Source of the DNA: Nemertoderma westbladi
Lineage: Eukaryota; Animalia; Xenacoelomorpha
Assembly: GCA_032718475.1 (NCBI GenBank)
Contig: JAUCBJ010004931.1
Span: 1 to 64,000 of the forward strand
Direction: 5' to 3'
DNA length: 64,000 nt
This document shows, one piece after another, positions 58,060 through 64,000 of this stretch (position 1 is the stretch's first letter; the number at the start of each line of letters is the position of its first letter). Below the pieces are notes generated by a model. The model had not been told where the DNA came from and ran no database searches. It saw only the letters and a program-made list of their open reading frames with translations. The position numbers were made by a program, and so were the translations under genes.

Positions 58060-61000
58060 TAATAATGATATAATTGATGTATGTATTTTGCTATTAACAA
58101 AGAAAAAAAAATATTTTATTAAATGAAAATAAAACACAAAATTGCACTATGAAAATAAATTTTGCCTAGGGGAAGAAAGCGCTTACGTAATGCCATCTAC
58201 CCAGGGAGGGAGGCTCGAGCTTCTACGGAGCCATATCGCAGCGTTTCCACGCCACAGACACACTGACAGGCGCTGGAATAGATGCCTGGCGGTTTCTTTG
58301 GCAGGGATACTGCGACGGAGACTCTGCAGATGCCCAATCTCGGAGATGATTGAGGTGGAGTGGGAGTCCCAGCCCCCAAGTGCCTCAAGAGCCAGGGGGG
58401 TGAAGCCTACTCCTGAGGATTGGCACTCATCGAGGTGGGTGGCTAGCTTACATTCACGTGCAATGGTAAGGCCTGGGGTGGACGCAGCGCAGTTAATGAT
58501 TGAAGCGGTGAGATCACCGTTACGTCCAGGGCCATGGGCTGTCCCCGTCTCCAGTTGGGGAGGAAGATATCTGCCGGTCTGCTGCGGGAGCCAGGAATCA
58601 ACCCAGGGATTTCTCTCTGGGGCGCCAGAGCTGCGGATTGTGCAGCTTGGAAAATGGCATCCCAGAGGGAGTCGTGGCGTGCGATCCTGCCTGAGTCCCC
58701 ACCACAGCCAATGTGATGGTCCCCAAATGGGTCATCAGGGAGGGAGCAAGAGACACAGGGAGACGAGCTAGATGATAGTCGGACGCCTAACCAGTAACAC
58801 AAGAGAGTCTGTGCTCAGCGTCCAGGAAATGGAGACCAAGGGACTCAGAAGGAATGGCATGTAACCAGTCACCAGCGTGGCCAAGAGAAGTGGACTGTAC
58901 AAGGGCTCGGGACCTGTTGTTGGGCGCAGAGGACAGGAGCCGTTTGTAGGAGGAGATGTCAACTGAGTGGGATAGATTGCATTGGATGATAGGTGTTGGA
59001 AGGTCTTCCAGGGAGGTCCAATCTGGTTTATCGGCGTGCTCGGACAAGGAGGCCAGTGCAGAGGGGAGGTGGTGGTTACCTGGGGAGTGGCCTAGGATTC
59101 TAGTGACCAGGGTTTCTGACTGGGAGACAGAAGCAATATATGCGGCCGGGGAATGGTTTACGGCTTTTCTAAGGCCCAGACCACCCATCGAGACCGGAAA
59201 GCAAGCTTTGTTGTACGACCAGTCACTTAGGGAGCCTCCAACCAGATCAGAGAGGGTATCCCGCATGACAAGATCGAACTGTAGCGAGGAGTCCGGAATC
59301 ATGGAGGAGGGACAGCAACAGCAAGACTACTTTGGGTAAAGAAAGGCATGATCGAAGAAGGGTAGATTCCATCTTGGAATCCTGAAGGTCAGGAAGGCGA
59401 TCAGTGATGGAGCGGACTTTGGCCACTCTTAGCATAATGGTCTCCTCGCAGTATTGAGAGGAACCAATCGGGGAGCCAAGTAGGGTTAGACCATTGGAGA
59501 GGATGGGAATGGAGCGTGGTAGTGGATTCGAATGAACTGAGGAGCCAGCGGGGATGAAGACTTGGGATTTGGCGTGGTTGAGTTGAAGGTGTCTCAAGGG
59601 GCCTTCCTGTTCTAATGTGGCTAAGGCTTTTGACAAGTCGTCTGGGGATCCAACCAGTGAGCCATCGTCCAAATACCAGGCATTAATTATAAGAAAAGGG
59701 ACTTTGGCCCGAATAATCTTGGTCACGGGTGTAAATTTATGGCAAAAAGGAGGGGGCCCAAAGGATCACCTTGTTGGATGCCGGAGCAGCTGAAGATTTG
59801 TCGGTCACCAGCCAGAGGACAGCCTGGATTCCGTAACATGCCTCCACCCATGCGGAAAGAGAGGGCAAGTGTTCCCTGAGTTCAGCAAACATTTGTGAGC
59901 GGTCGATGGAATTAAATCGTTGCTGAAGTCAACAAGAAGAACCCACTTGCTGTCTGCTGGGATGGAGTGGTCTTCGAGGGCTGAGGAGACGGCTCGGACT
60001 ATGGCCTCGCAGCCAATGGGGGTACTGACACCAACCTGGAGGGGGGTGAGGATGTTGGAAGCATTCTGGTTTACTGTGGTTGCATTTACTGAGGATATGC
60101 GGTTTGTAATGGCACAAATAGCAGCAAGGGCCTGGTTGGCCTTGGCTGGAGATGGGGCTGATTGGCTTCTTTCAGATGGTTGGGGCGGAGCTTTGAAGAG
60201 CCAGGGGCTGAGCCAGGGGGAAAAGACTTGATAGCCTTGACAATGTCCTCTGGGCGGAAGTAGGCTGGTGGGGGTACTGGGCCAATTGGAAGAAGAGGGG
60301 GGGGGGGGGGGGGGGCTTAGGGGTGCTTCCCGAGCATGTCCTGGTATGTCTCTTCGGAAGCCTTTGCAAGTCCCTCTGAAACAAGGGCCTCTGTGCAGCC
60401 TTACGGTACTGGCCGTCGGCCATGGCCTGGTGGACTCGACGAGCATTAGATTCTCTAACTGATTCGGGACTGGGAAGTTTAGTGGATTTGTGTTTAATGG
60501 GGCCAGGTCGTTGGGAATCGTTGATTATATTTTCCCATAAACTGCTGATATATCCACTGAGCCATTTGCGGAGTCTAGCTTTCACTAACTTCTTGGTATC
60601 TTTCCAGTGGGATCTACCTGCTCTTTTGGGGTTGGCTAGGATGCATGGTGGGAGGAGGAAGATATGGGTCCAAGAGGTTGGGTTCATGGGATCCCTGGCT
60701 ATGGAGTCACAGATTCTGCCGACGGCCTCAGCCCAAAGATCCCTAGCTGCTTTTGGGACGTGGCGGAGTGTGTGGACATTAGGATGGATGCTATGGATGG
60801 AAGGGGCGAGGCTGTTTTTGAAGAGAAGAGGTCCTGCTGTGTAGGGGTGGGTTCAGGTTGGATAGGGTTAGCGTGTTGCTGGCGGGGTTTAGAGTCTGTA
60901 GCCTCGGAGGGGGGAATGGGTAGGGTTGAAGGGTTAGATGGGGAGATTAGTGCAGTGGTGAGATGAGCTAGGAGGGATGCCTTATTACCAGTAATGGATA

Positions 61001-62870
61001 GACCTCTGGCTTTGAGGAGTGGCTTAAGGTCACACAGTCTTAGACCACTGAGATTATGTATGGGTGTTAGCAAATCGGACTTGGGCGTGGGGTCAGGTGG
61101 AGGGATGATGGCTGTGTCTTGAGAGGCATGGGAGTGGGGTGGGTGTGTAGGAGGTGGGGGGAGTGGCTGCTGGGGCCTGGAAGGTAGGGCGGCAGGGATT
61201 CTCGAGGTGGGGCATTGGGAAAGGGCTTGGGGGCTGGTGTACGAGGGGACGAGGATTACACTACTGTTATTATCAGCAGAGACCTTGTTATCTATAAAGT
61301 CACAATAATTATTAGAGTTATTATTACCAGTAATAAAATTTAGATCTGAGATTATATTTGCATCCTTTTGTGGGCTAGACGGAATGATTGATAAGGATTT
61401 TGATTGAATTACGACTTTTATCCACTCTCGTATAGGGATGATTTCCTCTAGTTGGACTATTATTGCGCCATAATCCTGTTGTTTATAAGCCAAAAGATAC
61501 CCATAGAGACAGGAGTAGATACCGCAATCGTAGCCATTTGACTGTATTAGGAGGAATGGTTGGGCTGTAATAGGACTCCATCTATTGAGAAGCCTCCCCT
61601 GGCTGGCTGGAGAATTATCATAGATCGTGTTTAGCATGTTACAAATTTTCGAAGAAGTTGAGGTCGGGTAAATGTTTCCCAGAGAGCAACATGTTACCAT
61701 CTCTTGGTCTCTGATGTTAGCTGCGTGTAATGTGAAGTGATTGCTTTTCCACTCAGGGGCCAGCAGGTAGACAGTTGTTGTAGGGCTGCAGGTTTTAAGG
61801 TAGTGTTGGGCTGCTCAGTATTGATTTGCGCAAATCTTTACAGCTGAAACCATGTTAAACTCGTCTGTATTGATGGAAGATCCTAAGGCTGATGATACTG
61901 AAAAAGTAGCCCTGTCACATTGTGTGTTTGCAGTGTGATGATCTAAAATGCTTAGAAACTCATCAATGTTTGAGCTGGTTATCCAAGTTCCTGGCTTAAG
62001 AGAGTCCAAATCAATTACATCGGATTTTGTTAGCTTAACTTTAGGTTTTATATCGTTTGAAGAGAGGAATTGCACTATTCGTTCTTGTATTGAAATTGGG
62101 TTGTTGGGATTATAGGAGTTAACTTGCGAAAAGGGATCCAAGATAATGCTCTCGTTAGACAGATCGGAACTCTCGGGTATAGTCTTGCTACTGGAAGCAC
62201 CATTGTCGACAAAAGAGGGGATAGACTGTATTTCTTTCTCCTTGAATCTTATATTGAAACGGGTTCCATCCTCCATTATGTCGTTTATCTTTTGTTCTCC
62301 TACCATTGCCGGTATATGAGAATTAGCCGTGAGAAGGATGGGGCTTCCGGATCCAAAGTGTTGAAGATATACAAAGAGATTACCGGGGTCACTGGCGGCG
62401 TCAATCCAGTTGAAAGTATCGATGTGTTTATCGAGGCCGCAGGAAGCGGCGAACTCATCAGAGGCTTTACGGAGGCGACCGCGACGGGTATAGTCGAAGT
62501 TACCGACGCGGTAGGAAACGAGGAGCCGGTTGGAGACTCTACCTGGGGAGCAGTGAGCTGCGGACTCATCAAGGAATCAAATGTGATTTCGGGAAGCTGC
62601 GAAATCGACGGCGAGTTAACCGAAGTTGCGGGGAGTGGCAAAGACATCGAATTATATGCCGAGGCCACATGAAGCGGTGGGCGCATCGAAGAGACTAACT
62701 CATTGAACTTCATTGAGACTAGAAGACAGGCTACAACAATCAAACCGTGCGATACACGAATACGTGCCAGGAATGAGCGAATCAAACTTATAAAGATAAA
62801 CTCAACAATCTCAAGAACTCACCCGGTACCGGTATCAGTAAACCAGCAGTCGATAACAAGATAACAAGAT
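58060..62870 (-). mobile_element. Near full-length degenerate CRE-like non-LTR retrotransposon: Ulp1 (C48) protease, SAP, RT, knuckle, REL endonuclease
   Basis: LKPGTWITSSNIDEFL, NHFTL, QSNGYDCGIY; LRLCDLKPLLKARGLSITGNKASLLAHL; QVGV...GCEAIV, LVDFSN, QQGDPLGP, WYLDDG; RHD...RPADI...ALDVTV, FTPLALEALGGW. Confidence 0.85.
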
Positions 62871-62899
62871 GTATAAAGTTCTGTAGCCTACCTCTATGC

Positions 62900-63900
62900 C
62901 AAAACATTCAAAATTTGTTGATTTTGCTAATAATGATGTTCCATCGGATTATATAGCTATACTCAATATCCATATCCCTTTCCAACCCAAGGCTCTGATT
63001 GGCTCTCCATTTGTGTGAGCTGATTAATGTACTGCTACCAAACCTGGCCTTCTCTGTAGTTACATGGGTATGTTATACATTATTACCTACAGTATATTGC
63101 ACCTAAGCTCCCCTTGTGGTTTATTGGTGAGATTGTGCCCCTTTACTTGGATGATAGATTTGGTGCCGACCAAATCTACTATTGTTATTCTTGGGTTGCC
63201 AATATATGGATTTTTTTCCCTCTATGGCGTGGGCCGCTTTTTATTGCTAAAATTCTCCAGTAGCTTTGGTCGCTACGGTAACATTTACGAATTTATCGAG
63301 ATAAATAATAAATAATAGGCCACTCGATGATGGTACTTGTCTCATTGCTCTGCTGGCGGTGATTTTCATTATATTGTAAATATAGTATGATTTCAGAAAT
63401 ATTGCACAGAAAATATGGAGCATTTTTTCGCCGCAGCCCAGACGTTTCAGTGTTTCCAACAGGTAGTCCGTGTGGTACGTTATCATAGGCCTTTGCAAAG
63501 TCGATAAATATTTCAAATAACTTCACCTGTTTAAATTTAACGTAGTCAAATAGCAGCCTTACACTATATATTGGTTCCGTACAGCTTCTTAATTTTTGGG
63601 CACCTACTTGGCATCTCTCAATTGCACACCAATTTTCGCAGTTTGTTACGGGTATCAAAGAGTTTGGCAAATGAGTCTATAATAACTATACCACGGTGTT
63701 GTCACAATCTAATTCCGGTCCCTTCTTATAGTACAGTCAACCTAACGATAAAGAGGAGGTATCCCAAAACTAATACTTTTTTAATTATACATTATCCCGC
63801 TAATATCACCAAAAATGTCCTTTGTATCTCCTTTGTATTTCGGTACTGTAGTGCTGCAGTGTGTTTTATTATTTTGTTTAGGTTTGATATTGAAAACAAT
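62900..63900 (-). mobile_element. Degenerate LINE RT fragment (RTE-X-like)
   Basis: QVGAQKLRSCTE...FIDFAKAYDNVP; SSGLLFIIYLD; frameshifted. Confidence 0.75.
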
Positions 63901-64000
63901 AATTTTAAATCTGGTTGCAAAAATATAAAATAAGACTAACCTATGTTCTTGAGTTGTCGCTTATTGTTTTGGTTAAAAAAGCCCAACACTGCAATCTGCT

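Noticed and set aside
62124-62672. 182-aa plus-strand ORF
   Set aside because: Antisense shadow of the Ser/Pro-rich CRE N-terminus.

Overview
This is AT-rich eukaryotic (most likely invertebrate animal) repeat-dense DNA, made up almost entirely of nested transposable elements and minisatellites. Only one apparently intact host gene is present: a single-coding-exon, divergent SLC6/NSS-family transporter (24004-26367, -). Retroelements include a Penelope-like relic, five RTE-type LINE copies, two CRE-like REL non-LTR elements (one carrying Ulp1 protease and SAP domains) and an older LINE split by one of them. DNA transposon remnants or MITEs include EnSpm/CMC-like, PIF/Harbinger, pogo, Merlin, Academ, Crypton-like palindromes and a SWIM-domain gene. 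There are also tRNA-derived SINE copies and six tandem arrays. The most striking object is a very young 7.9-kb BEL/Pao-type LTR element (46076-54008; 551-bp LTRs identical by eye; TAAAT TSD). It has no recognisable PR/RT/RNaseH/integrase core, encodes a large Gag ending in an integrase-tail remnant, and in place of pol carries about 2.2 kb of arrays of about 40 short hairpins (two types) separated by nearly C-free, UAG-rich linkers. A second highlight is a before/after snapshot of a 33-bp satellite arising from the arm of a collapsed palindromic element. All calls come from visual motif recognition; no searches or folding were run.
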